From the NCBI GenBank assembly GCA_037441665.1, contig JBBIRQ010000001.1, positions 358,666-382,665 of the forward strand: a DNA stretch of 24,000 bases. Direction: 5' to 3'. Origin of the DNA: Anaerolineaceae bacterium (GTDB taxonomy: Bacteria; Chloroflexota; Anaerolineae; Aggregatilineales; Phototrophicaceae). A model generated the notes under the pieces. The model had not been told where the DNA came from and searched no databases. It saw nothing but the letters and a program-made list of their open reading frames with translations. Positions within the stretch are counted from its first letter, which is position 1; each line of letters opens with the position of its first letter. This document shows, piece by piece, positions 1 through 7,734 of this stretch. Made by a program: the position numbers and the translations under genes.

Positions 1-638
1 ACCATAAAAGCCACCCCCACCCCCGCTAGCGAAGCCTCGCCCTCGCAATCTTCTTGCTGAGGGTTGATAACTGCGTAAGCGGGGGGTAATTCCGGCCCTA
101 CAGAATGGTGGTCGGTGATGATGATGTCTAGGCCGGCGCGATTGCCTTCTACGACTTCCGCCACCGAACGAATGCCACAATCCACCGTGACCACGAGCTG
201 AATACCATCGCGGGCCAGCTGTTGTAGGGCCGGGGTGTTCAAACCGTAGCCCTCATCCACCCGATGCGGAATATAAGGGATGACATCCGCCCCAATATAG
301 CCCAACGTCTTCATCATCAGTGTTGTAGCGGTCACGCCGTCAGCGTCGAAGTCGCCATAGACGGCTATCTTTTGGCGGCGTTTAACAGCATCGTTGATGC
401 GGTGGACCGCCTTAGCCATATCCTTCATCTTGAAAGGATCGTATCTTAGGGACTTGAACGGCTTAGCGAATAAAAAATCGCGCGCCTCGGACGGATGTTG
501 CAAACCACGATTGTATAGAATTTGCGCCAATACAGGAGAGATGCGTTTTTTATGATAAGGTGAACGTATACTCTCGGTATAAGTCGCCAACAATTTTGAA
601 GGCGCGGGAGGAGCGACCACCCATCTTTTTGATAACAT
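1..638 (-). CDS. recJ: Single-stranded-DNA-specific exonuclease RecJ, N-terminal part (3' end lies beyond window start)
   Basis: Absent from the supplied ORF track because no stop codon falls in the window. My reverse-strand translation from the ATG at 638 reads MLSKRWVVAPP..RISPVLAQILYNRGLQHPSEARDFL..YDPFKMKDMAKAVHRINDAVKRRQKIAVYGDFDADGVTATTLMMKTLGYIGADVIPYIPHRVDEGYGLN..LVVTVDCGIRS..LDIIITDHH..LAGVGVAFM. The DHH-superfamily motifs (DFDADG, TVDCG, TDHH) occur in RecJ order. The frame stays open to nt 1. Confidence 0.85.
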   Translation of the reverse strand, partial: MLSKRWVVAPPAPSKLLATYTESIRSPYHKKRISPVLAQILYNRGLQHPSEARDFLFAKPFKSLRYDPFKMKDMAKAVHRINDAVKRRQKIAVYGDFDADGVTATTLMMKTLGYIGADVIPYIPHRVDEGYGLNTPALQQLARDGIQLVVTVDCGIRSVAEVVEGNRAGLDIIITDHHSVGPELPPAYAVINPQQEDCEGEASLAGVGVAFM

Positions 639-704
639 AGACTTTTTATCAATCGCTGATTACAATGCATTTTCGATACTACCATGCGCGCAAATAATCT
701 ACAA
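638..704. promoter_or_regulatory. Candidate divergent sigma70-type promoters for fmt (+) and recJ (-)
   Basis: Plus strand: TAGACT (638-643), 17 nt, TACAAT (661-666), followed by AAGGAA upstream of the fmt TTG start. Minus strand: TTGTAG (704-699), 17 nt, extended -10 TGGTAGTAT (684-676). These are hexamer matches by eye only. Confidence 0.3.
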
Positions 705-721
705 GCGATAAGGAATAACCC

Positions 722-1654
722 TTGGCCACCATCATCTTCATGGGCACGCCGCACTTCGCCATACCCACGCTAAAAGCCCTCATACAACATCACCAAGTTA
801 TCGGGGTTATCACCCAACCTGACCGGCCTGTTGGACGCAAACAGATTTTACAAGCATCGCCCGTCAAAACTTTAGCGCTACAGGCCAATATCCCCGTCTT
901 TCAGCCGGAAAAAATCCGCCGCCCGCAGACCATCGAGGCGCTAAAAGCGTGGCAACCCGCTGTGCCCGATTTGTACGTTGTGGCGGCGTTCGGCCAAATT
1001 TTGCCACAAACAGTATTAGAGCTTCCCCGCTATGGCTCTATCAACGTACATGCTTCCTTGTTGCCGCGCTGGCGTGGCGCCGCCCCCATCCAAGCCGCCA
1101 TCCGCCACGGCGACGCCGAGACCGGCATCACCATCATGCTCATGGATGCCGGCCTAGATACAGGGCCTATCCTCAGCCAAAGCGCAATTCCCATCGCCCC
1201 CCAAGAGACGGGGCAAAGCTTACACGACAAACTAGCCGAACTCGGCGCACAATTACTCATCGCAACCCTGCCGCAGTATCTAGAGGGCGCTATCCAACCC
1301 CAGCCCCAACCGAACGAGGGGATAACTTACGCGCCACAAGTCACCAAAGAAGATGGCCGCATAGACTGGAGCCAACCTGCGACCGCCATAGACTGCCTGA
1401 TACGCGCCCTAACCCCTTGGCCGGGCACTTATACCTATTGGCAAGGCAAACAACTCAAAATCCACCAAGGCGAAGCTCAGGCGGGCCATTTGCCCGCGGG
1501 CATCGTCGGCGAAGTCAACGGGCGTATCGCCATTGGCACCGCGCAAGGGCTATACTTACCCCAAGTGGTGCAAATAGAAGGTAAAAAAGCGCTCGATATA
1601 GACGACTTCATACGCGGTTACCGCCATTTTGTGGGCGCGCGTTTAGGAGATTGA
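722..1654 (+). CDS. fmt: Methionyl-tRNA formyltransferase
   Basis: 310 aa. The N-terminus MATIIFMGTPHFAIPTL and the motif HASLLPRWRGAAPIQ are Fmt hallmarks, and the length is typical. A TTG start reproduces the family-typical N-terminus. Confidence 0.95.
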   Translation: MATIIFMGTPHFAIPTLKALIQHHQVIGVITQPDRPVGRKQILQASPVKTLALQANIPVFQPEKIRRPQTIEALKAWQPAVPDLYVVAAFGQILPQTVLELPRYGSINVHASLLPRWRGAAPIQAAIRHGDAETGITIMLMDAGLDTGPILSQSAIPIAPQETGQSLHDKLAELGAQLLIATLPQYLEGAIQPQPQPNEGITYAPQVTKEDGRIDWSQPATAIDCLIRALTPWPGTYTYWQGKQLKIHQGEAQAGHLPAGIVGEVNGRIAIGTAQGLYLPQVVQIEGKKALDIDDFIRGYRHFVGARLGD

Positions 1655-1700
1655 GCGTATGATGTTCAATATATCTTACCCATTTAGGACGTGACTATAA

Positions 1701-2237
1701 ATGCGCCTCATCCTCGATTTAGACCAAATCGCCCGCTTGGCCGAAGAACGCCGAGATGAATTTGAAGTGATGCGCTATATGCTCACGATGGATGACGACC
1801 TCGACGACGCGCAAATAGACGCATGGGTAGATGCCATCGCCGAACCCATTCGCTCCGCCATAGATTGCACGCAATGCGGTAATTGTTGCCGTTCCCTAGA
1901 CGTATATTTAACGCCGAACGATGCCCAAAGCCTCGCGCAGGGGCTTGACATCCCGTTAGATACCGTCATCGAAACGTATGTAGACCGTGAAGCGGCGGTA
2001 AAATTTCACGAATGGGGGAAATTCCGCGCCCGACCGTGCGCCTTCTTGAAAGGCAACCTCTGTTCTATCTATCCGCACCGGCCAGAAACCTGTCGCACCT
2101 ATCCACAATTTACCCCTGATTTTCGCTGGGTTTTAGACGACCTATTAGATGGCGCTCATCTCTGCCCTATCATTTACAACGTCTTAGATGCGATGGTCAA
2201 AAAGGTAGATACCCTTTATCTAGATGAAGATGCTTGA
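1701..2237 (+). CDS. YkgJ-family cysteine-cluster protein (CxxCxxCC putative Zn/Fe-chelating domain)
   Basis: 178 aa with CTQCGNCC followed by PCAFLKGNLCSIYPHRPETCRTYP, the signature of the UPF0153/PF03692 family. It starts at an ATG. Confidence 0.8.
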   Translation: MRLILDLDQIARLAEERRDEFEVMRYMLTMDDDLDDAQIDAWVDAIAEPIRSAIDCTQCGNCCRSLDVYLTPNDAQSLAQGLDIPLDTVIETYVDREAAVKFHEWGKFRARPCAFLKGNLCSIYPHRPETCRTYPQFTPDFRWVLDDLLDGAHLCPIIYNVLDAMVKKVDTLYLDEDA

Positions 2238-2309
2238 AACAGCGCAACTTTATCGGTCCGCATGCGTAATCCTCTGTAGAATCATCATGCACTAAAGGAC
2301 ATATCTACC

Positions 2310-2522
2310 ATGAACGATATTAAAAAGCTCACTCGCAAAACGCAAAATGAACAAATCGCTGGTGTTTGCGCTGGACTCGCCGATTACTTCAACCTTGATG
2401 TCACCGTTGTGCGGCTTATCTTCGTTTTAATGGCCTTTTTTGGCGGGCCGGGGCTTCTGCTTTATATCATCTTGTGGGTTATCATGCCAGAAGATGAACG
2501 CAAGAAAAAAGTCGAAATCTAA
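2310..2522 (+). CDS. PspC-domain small membrane protein
   Basis: 70 aa. IAGVCAGLADYFNLDVTVVRLIFVL plus a TM helix LLLYIILWVIMP matches the PspC N-terminal domain pattern. Confidence 0.8.
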   Translation: MNDIKKLTRKTQNEQIAGVCAGLADYFNLDVTVVRLIFVLMAFFGGPGLLLYIILWVIMPEDERKKKVEI

Positions 2523-2530
2523 GGCAACAC

Positions 2531-2556
2531 TCCCACTGTTACGGTGGGGTTTCTTT
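2531..2556 (+). terminator. Weak rho-independent terminator after the PspC-domain gene
   Basis: Stem TCCCAC (2531-2536) pairs with GTGGGG (2544-2549), including one G-U pair. The loop is 7 nt and the tract TTTCTTTT follows. It sits in the 34-nt convergent gap. Confidence 0.45.
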
Positions 2557-3579
2557 TCAAGGTGGGAAAGTATAGCGCAAGGAGGAGACCAGCGCCGAAG
2601 CCGACGATATAGGCTTGACGCAATCCAGCAATAAATAGCGCCCCGTGCGTTTGGGCTGGGAATGGGCGTAACTGGCCAATCGCAAATGATTCACCCCCAC
2701 GAGGGCATAGCCATCCCGCGCCGGGATATGCCCCGCCACAATTGCCTTTAACTCCACACCGCACAGCGCGGACATCACGCGCAGAAATACGGCCGCTTGT
2801 AATGCATAACTACTCAAAAAATGCCCGTTCTCATTCGTAGTGAAAAGGGTATCCCACAAAAACTGAAAATCTTTGCTATTTTCGCTGATGAAGTTGGCGC
2901 GGAGCAAATCGGTAAAACGGGAATCTTCCGCACCCGAAATAGCCAGATAGTGGCGAGCTTGGGCCAGATATTGGGGGTTATGGCGCAAACTATCTAATAG
3001 GGGCCATTCAGCAATCTGCTCAGAAAATGCGCGCAAGATGGCGCGGTGGTCAAAGTGCCTCAACCGTTCGCCATCGGCGCGCGCGCGCACCACCTTAGGG
3101 GCCCCTGCATGGGTGAGCAAAACACCAGAGGGCGTATAAGCATAGAAAGGCAACGACATGAAAAACGCAAGGACCGCTGAACGGTCTTGAGCAGATTGAG
3201 GATTGGCGTCGAGCTGGCTTAGAGCATGTTCAAAGCGCGAGGTGAACTCCAAATCGCCTTTAGATAACGTCACCCCATAGATATGCGGCATTTCGTGGTT
3301 GCCTAGCAGGACGATAACCGCATCTGAACCCAGTTCCGCTTGTAACCGCATGACATCAAGGACAATAGGCAAGCTCGCATCCTCTGCGCTCGTCCCGTAG
3401 CCATGAATCAAATCCCCGCATAAGACCAATCGTTGGGCCTCGCCACGGGCGCGATGCTCCAAAAAGAGGTCGCGCAACCGTTCGTAAGCGTCCCAATCGC
3501 CATGAATATCCGTCACGACCATGGCGACACCATCCGGTATCGCCACAAAACGGTTGATGTCGGCAGGCGTATGCATCAT
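2557..3579 (-). CDS. Metallophosphoesterase, PPP-like Ser/Thr phosphatase fold, with a long uncharacterised C-terminal half
   Basis: Motifs VVTDIHGD, LCGDLIHGYG and LLGNHE occur in the order DxH / GDxxH / GNHE. The ORF track starts at a TTG at 3582. I prefer the ATG at 3579, which overlaps the upstream stop as TGATG. Confidence 0.8.
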   Translation of the reverse strand: MMHTPADINRFVAIPDGVAMVVTDIHGDWDAYERLRDLFLEHRARGEAQRLVLCGDLIHGYGTSAEDASLPIVLDVMRLQAELGSDAVIVLLGNHEMPHIYGVTLSKGDLEFTSRFEHALSQLDANPQSAQDRSAVLAFFMSLPFYAYTPSGVLLTHAGAPKVVRARADGERLRHFDHRAILRAFSEQIAEWPLLDSLRHNPQYLAQARHYLAISGAEDSRFTDLLRANFISENSKDFQFLWDTLFTTNENGHFLSSYALQAAVFLRVMSALCGVELKAIVAGHIPARDGYALVGVNHLRLASYAHSQPKRTGRYLLLDCVKPISSASALVSSLRYTFPP

Positions 3580-3917
3580 CAAAGCAAAAAGATAATCGCA
3601 GAAGCGGCTTCAAAGAGGAGCGTCACCACAAACCCTCTATCCCATAACGCGCGCTGGCGCAAACCCTCTACCAGCCGCATGACGGCCAAGCCCGCATAGC
3701 CTATCCCGAACAAGCGATACGCATCAAGCGTGTTCAAGGCGATAGCGCCTAAACCCAGCGCGATGAACAAACCGCCCCAATTGATGCGAACCTCCGCTGT
3801 GCCGCGCGTGGAGGACGCATCTAGGCCGGCAAATTGCGCGATAAGAATCGGTTGCACAATAGCGACAACACCAAACACGACAGAAGCAAAAGCGGCAATA
3901 ATCTTTAACGCATCCAT
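3579..3917 (-). CDS. Small polytopic membrane protein, DUF4345-like
   Basis: 112 aa with 3-4 hydrophobic helices. The segment TAEVRINWGGLFIALGLGAI resembles the DUF4345 core. Its stop overlaps the start of the downstream phosphoesterase. Confidence 0.6.
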   Translation of the reverse strand: MDALKIIAAFASVVFGVVAIVQPILIAQFAGLDASSTRGTAEVRINWGGLFIALGLGAIALNTLDAYRLFGIGYAGLAVMRLVEGLRQRALWDRGFVVTLLFEAASAIIFLL

Positions 3918-3933
3918 AACCGCTACTCCTCTA

Positions 3934-3969
3934 AAATGAAAAAGGGCGACGCGAAAACATCACCCTTTT
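3934..3969 (-). terminator. Rho-independent terminator downstream of mdh
   Basis: Arms at 3940-3949 (AAAAGGGCGA) and 3960-3969 (TCACCCTTTT) form a 10-bp stem with one G-U pair and a 10-nt loop. On the minus strand the stem runs into TTTTTCATTTT. Confidence 0.6.
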
Positions 3970-3996
3970 ATTGTACACGCTTACACGCATCGGGGC

Positions 3997-4941
3997 TTAA
4001 TAACCCAAAACATCTACCACCGATTTGACCGCATTGGCGCTGTGGTCGAGCATCGCCTTTTCTTCGGCGTTCAAATCCATGACGATGACCTTTTCCACGC
4101 CTTTAGCGCCCAACACAGCGGGAACGCCGATGAATAAATTATCGTATCCATATTCACCGCGCAGATATACAGCCGATGGGATAACCCGTTTTTGGTCTTT
4201 GAGGATAGCTTCTACCATCTCCACCACCCCAGCGGAGGGCGCATAATAGCCACTATAACCCAATAGGCTCACGATTTCGCCGCCGCCATCGCGGGTGCGC
4301 TGGATGATGGCTTGCAAACGCTCCTCAGAGACGAGTTCGCGCACAGGTATACCCGCGATGGACGTATGACGCGGGAGCGGCACCATCGTATCGCCGTGCC
4401 CCCCTAAGACGATGCCGTGGACATCGCGCACGCTGACGCCTAATTCCATCGCGATGAACGTCTTGTAACGCGCGGTATCTAAAGCGCCCGCTTGGCCGAT
4501 GACCCGGTGCGATTCAAAACCGCTCTCGTGCAAAGCCACATGGCACATGGCATCTAGTGGATTAGAGACGATGATAAGGATACTGTTGGGCGAATATTTG
4601 ACCACCTCTTTAGTGACGTCGCCTACAATTTTTTGGTTGATTTTGACGAGTTCATCGCGGCTCGTATATTGCCCCGTCACCGGGTCTTTCTTGCGCGGCA
4701 CGCCAGCGGTGATGACCACAACATCGGAATTGGCAGTCGCTTCGTAAGTACCGGAGCCGACAATGTTGATGTCGAATTTCATCACGGGGCCGGCCTCTAA
4801 CAAATCTAAAGCCTTGCCCTTAGCCGCGCCTTCTACAATATCCACCAAAACCACATCTGCTAACTCTTTTTGTGCAATCCAATGCGCGGCAGTAGCGCCT
4901 ACATTACCCGCGCCCACAATGGTAACCTTCTGACGACCCAT
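3997..4941 (-). CDS. mdh: Malate dehydrogenase (LDH-like, NAD-dependent)
   Basis: 314 aa. KVTIVGAGNVGATAAHW (Rossmann GxGxxG), VLVDIVEGAAKGKALDL and GGHGDTMVPL closely resemble Chloroflexus-type Mdh. An AAGGAG Shine-Dalgarno sequence lies upstream of the ATG. Confidence 0.95.
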   Translation of the reverse strand: MGRQKVTIVGAGNVGATAAHWIAQKELADVVLVDIVEGAAKGKALDLLEAGPVMKFDINIVGSGTYEATANSDVVVITAGVPRKKDPVTGQYTSRDELVKINQKIVGDVTKEVVKYSPNSILIIVSNPLDAMCHVALHESGFESHRVIGQAGALDTARYKTFIAMELGVSVRDVHGIVLGGHGDTMVPLPRHTSIAGIPVRELVSEERLQAIIQRTRDGGGEIVSLLGYSGYYAPSAGVVEMVEAILKDQKRVIPSAVYLRGEYGYDNLFIGVPAVLGAKGVEKVIVMDLNAEEKAMLDHSANAVKSVVDVLGY

Positions 4942-5038
4942 AATAGCCCATCGCTCCTTCTATTGTAGTTAATAACCTATCATCGGATGCACACAGGGCG
5001 GCGCATCTTTCGTCTCGTGATTATAACGGAGGAAGCGC

Positions 5039-6640
5039 TTATACTTTAGGCCCACCTGATAAAATCTCTAGATTTCCATCGGGCACGCAAGCGTTCATAT
5101 TCTTTTTGAACATCTCGGCGAGGGCGCGGGCTTTGCTATCATAAGCGTCTCCATCTGCCCATGTATGAATGGGATTCAGTAATTCTGTTGGTACGCCCGA
5201 CACCTGTTGTGGGATATGCAAGCCAAAATAGGGTTCTTCGGTATAAGCGACCCCTTCCAATTCGCCGTTGAGAGCGGCATTCACCATGCGACGGGTATAT
5301 TCCAAGCGGATGCGGTGGCCTGTGCCATTCCACCCAGTATTAATTAACCACACCGAAGCGCCGTGTTGCTTAATTTTTTGCTCCAACAGTTCCGCGTAGA
5401 CAGTGGCGGGCAAAGGCATAAAAGGCGCGCCGAAGCAATTGCTGAAGGTCGCCGTCGGCTCGGTGACGCCGCGTTCTGTCCCAGCTACTTTGGCTGTATA
5501 ACCGCTGATGAAGTGATACATCGCTTGGGCGGGGGTCAACTTGCTGATTGGCGGCAAGATACCAAAGGCATCAGCCGTCAAAAAGATGATGTTTTTAGGA
5601 TGTCCCCCTAAACCTGTCTTGCTAGCGTTAGGAATAAAATGGATGGGATATGAACAGCGCGTGTTTTCTGTATAGCGCGCATCGTCAAAATCGGGTACGC
5701 GGTCATCCATCAGCGGCACATTTTCTAAAATCGTGCCGAACATCTTCGTTGTGGCATAAATCTCTGGTTCGCGCTCTGGGCTAAGGTGGATGGTTTTAGC
5801 ATAGCAACCGCCCTCAAAGTTAAAAATGCCGTCGTCGCTCCAACCGTGTTCATCGTCCCCTATTAATGTGCGCGTGGCGTCTGCGCTCAGCGTCGTTTTG
5901 CCTGTGCCGCTCAGCCCAAAGAAGATAGCCGTATCGCCTTTGGGCCCCATGTTCGCGGAACAGTGCATCGGCATCACACCGCGCAAGGGGAGCAAGTAAT
6001 TCATCACAGAAAAGATGCCCTTTTTCACCTCGCCGGAATACAGCGTGCCGCCGATGAGAATCATCTTTTTTTCAAAATTAATGACGATAAAGGTACCGGT
6101 GCGCGTGCCATCCACATCTGGGCGGGCGATGAGCGTAGGCGCGGCCAAGACGGTGAATTGGGGGTCATGCTCGGCCAATTCCGCTTCGGTCGCGGGGATG
6201 AACATATTCCAAGCGAAAAGCGCATGATAAGCCGCCGCGCTAATGACGCGGATAGGCAAACGATATTTGGGGTCTGCGCCGCAAAAACCATCATATACAT
6301 ACAAATGGCGGCGATGGCTCAGATGGTCGAGCACTTTCTGATGCAGATGGTCAAAAACGCTGGGGCTAATCGGTTGGTTCACGCTCCCCCAAGCGATATG
6401 CTCTGCACTAGGTTCTTGCTGGACGATGAATTTATCTTTGGGGCTACGGCCCGTATATTGTCCGGTCAGCACGCGCAACGCCCCATCACGGGTTAGTTCA
6501 CCTTCCCCATTCCGTATCGCATGCTCGTACAATTCAGGGGTGGTCAAATTCCAATGAACATGCACATCTTTAACATCGGCAACCTTTAAGCCAACGACAT
6601 CCAACCCGACCGAGCTATGAACATGAGGTTTGGCGTACAC
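5039..6640 (-). CDS. pckA: Phosphoenolpyruvate carboxykinase (ATP)
   Basis: 533 aa with the kinase-1a motif GLSGTGKTTLS and the PEPCK-ATP signature LIGDDEHGW. It has a GTG start preceded by TAAGGAG. Confidence 0.95.
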   Translation of the reverse strand: MYAKPHVHSSVGLDVVGLKVADVKDVHVHWNLTTPELYEHAIRNGEGELTRDGALRVLTGQYTGRSPKDKFIVQQEPSAEHIAWGSVNQPISPSVFDHLHQKVLDHLSHRRHLYVYDGFCGADPKYRLPIRVISAAAYHALFAWNMFIPATEAELAEHDPQFTVLAAPTLIARPDVDGTRTGTFIVINFEKKMILIGGTLYSGEVKKGIFSVMNYLLPLRGVMPMHCSANMGPKGDTAIFFGLSGTGKTTLSADATRTLIGDDEHGWSDDGIFNFEGGCYAKTIHLSPEREPEIYATTKMFGTILENVPLMDDRVPDFDDARYTENTRCSYPIHFIPNASKTGLGGHPKNIIFLTADAFGILPPISKLTPAQAMYHFISGYTAKVAGTERGVTEPTATFSNCFGAPFMPLPATVYAELLEQKIKQHGASVWLINTGWNGTGHRIRLEYTRRMVNAALNGELEGVAYTEEPYFGLHIPQQVSGVPTELLNPIHTWADGDAYDSKARALAEMFKKNMNACVPDGNLEILSGGPKV

Positions 6641-6728
6641 GGCACACTCCTTACTTGGCTTACAATGATAAGCGCTTCTCTTAGCAGGTCTATGGCAACG
6701 AGTCCAGCGAATGGACGACGCAATTATA

Positions 6729-6744
6729 TGTGATTTTTATCACG
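6729..6744. promoter_or_regulatory. CRP/FNR-type inverted repeat TGTGA-N6-TCACG upstream of pckA
   Basis: The sequence TGTGAtttttaTCACG matches 9 of 10 positions of the TGTGA-N6-TCACA consensus. It directly abuts a perfect minus-strand TATAAT (6728-6723), about 90 nt upstream of the pckA start. Confidence 0.3.
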
Positions 6745-6874
6745 TATTCATCGAAATCGTGCAAGTTGTATGAAAAAGCCGTCTATTAAACGATTAAAAA
6801 ACCCTCAATCAGCGCCTGCAAAGAAGCTTTGCTTTGTTCAATGTGCTCAAAAATGCCCATCCTAAACACTAGTC

Positions 6875-6903
6875 TTGACGCTTGGCGCGGGAATAGGCAC
6901 AAT
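6875..6903 (+). promoter_or_regulatory. Candidate sigma70-type promoter for the small-TM-protein/unknown/era operon
   Basis: TTGACG (6875-6880), 17 nt, CACAAT (6898-6903). This would put the transcription start near 6910, upstream of AAGGAAGG (6931-6938) and the GTG at 6944. Confidence 0.35.
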
Positions 6904-6943
6904 TAAGCATTATGAACCATACCAAAACCAAAGGAAGGCAATT

Positions 6944-7222
6944 GTGGCGTCTGGAGAACACAACACCACGAATAACGCGGCTATATCGCGCGGCTTAGCG
7001 ATGGTTGGCGGCTTAGGCATGACTATCATCATGGTTGGTTTAGGGGTCGGTGTCATTAACGGGCCGAACACAACGCCCGAAACCAGCCAAACTATCGGCT
7101 TGTTACTCGTTACTGGGGGTGGATTGCTCGTCGTAGCGATTGCGGCATGGCTAGCCACGGTGCGCCCTTTTGAACACTTTGATGACATCAACCAACCGCT
7201 AGAGGATGAAGGGCATCACTAA
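6944..7222 (+). CDS. Small two-TM membrane protein, uncharacterised
   Basis: The longest ORF runs 6875-7222, but its TTG coincides with the putative -35 hexamer. The GTG at 6944 is in frame and preceded by AAGGAAGG. Two clear hydrophobic helices are present (GLAMVGGLGMTIIMVGLGVGVI and TIGLLLVTGGGLLVVAIAAWLATV), followed by an acidic tail. Confidence 0.55.
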   Translation: MASGEHNTTNNAAISRGLAMVGGLGMTIIMVGLGVGVINGPNTTPETSQTIGLLLVTGGGLLVVAIAAWLATVRPFEHFDDINQPLEDEGHH

Positions 7223-7227
7223 ACGCC

Positions 7228-7734
7228 ATGCCCAACGCCATACCCGCACGCGCCGCCATCTATGACCCTTTTGAAGGTTATGTCATCCGTTTTGATGAGC
7301 GCTTTTTCCTGACGACAAGCGCCCCAAACGATGCCGACATCATCGCCCAAGGGGCGATGATTGTGCGTTATGGCATCCGCTATTTGGGCAAGCCCCATCG
7401 GGCTATCGTGCCCGAACTCGTGGCGCTCGATTATGGCGATATGTTCAGCGGCGAGAGCGCTTGGGACTTCCTGATGAAAAAGAGTAACCTTTACCCGCGC
7501 GCTGATGTGGTTGGGCACACGCACGACGGCGCAGACGAGATGATACCCGTTAAAATGCTCGACATCGTGTTACCTGTGATGGTATTGGTATACGATAGCC
7601 CTAACGCCCACGTGCCGCTAGCGAACCCCATCGCCCTGCTCAGCGCCGATACCGCGCATCTGCCAGAGCGCTTATGCGCTCATTTGCCCGTTTATCCCAC
7701 CCTGTCGGATTGGGCCGCGCAACAACATGAATGA
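7228..7734 (+). CDS. Hypothetical protein, no family recognised
   Basis: 168-aa ORF with protein-like composition. It starts 5 nt after the preceding stop, and its end overlaps the era start by 8 nt (ATGAATGA). I recognise no motif in it. Confidence 0.6.
   Translation: MPNAIPARAAIYDPFEGYVIRFDERFFLTTSAPNDADIIAQGAMIVRYGIRYLGKPHRAIVPELVALDYGDMFSGESAWDFLMKKSNLYPRADVVGHTHDGADEMIPVKMLDIVLPVMVLVYDSPNAHVPLANPIALLSADTAHLPERLCAHLPVYPTLSDWAAQQHE

Noticed and set aside
446-754. 102-aa minus-strand ORF from the track spanning the recJ-fmt intergenic region
   Set aside because: It overlaps the true recJ N-terminus (a different frame, with clear RecJ homology) and the fmt start. The translation has no protein-like features. 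The real gene here is recJ, starting at 638.
949-1584. 211-aa plus-strand ORF inside fmt (alternative frame)
   Set aside because: The Arg/Pro/His-rich translation is typical of an off-frame read through a GC-rich gene. It is fully nested in the well-supported fmt frame.
4942-5038. TATAAT hexamer and a short GATGC/GCATC hairpin between pckA and mdh
   Set aside because: No acceptable -35 lies at 16-18 nt. The 5-bp stem has no U-tract. This is insufficient for a promoter or terminator call.
5963-6496. 177-aa ORF antisense to pckA (with smaller ORFs at 6015-6300)
   Set aside because: It is entirely inside the strongly supported pckA CDS on the opposite strand, with no recognisable motifs.
6770-6865. 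31-codon sORF MKKPSIKRLKNPQSAPAKKLCFVQCAQKCPS (basic N-terminus, three Cys) in the AT-rich pckA upstream region
   Set aside because: It has no Shine-Dalgarno sequence and lies in an AT-rich region where Lys codons arise by composition. I recognise no homolog. It is worth a glance in ribosome-profiling data but cannot be supported as a gene from sequence alone.
6910-7524. Minus-strand ORFs 6910-7191 (93 aa) and 7219-7524 (101 aa) antisense to the two genes upstream of era
   Set aside because: The plus-strand ORFs are longer, show clear TM helices or protein-like composition, and are coupled to era. The antisense translations are low-complexity.
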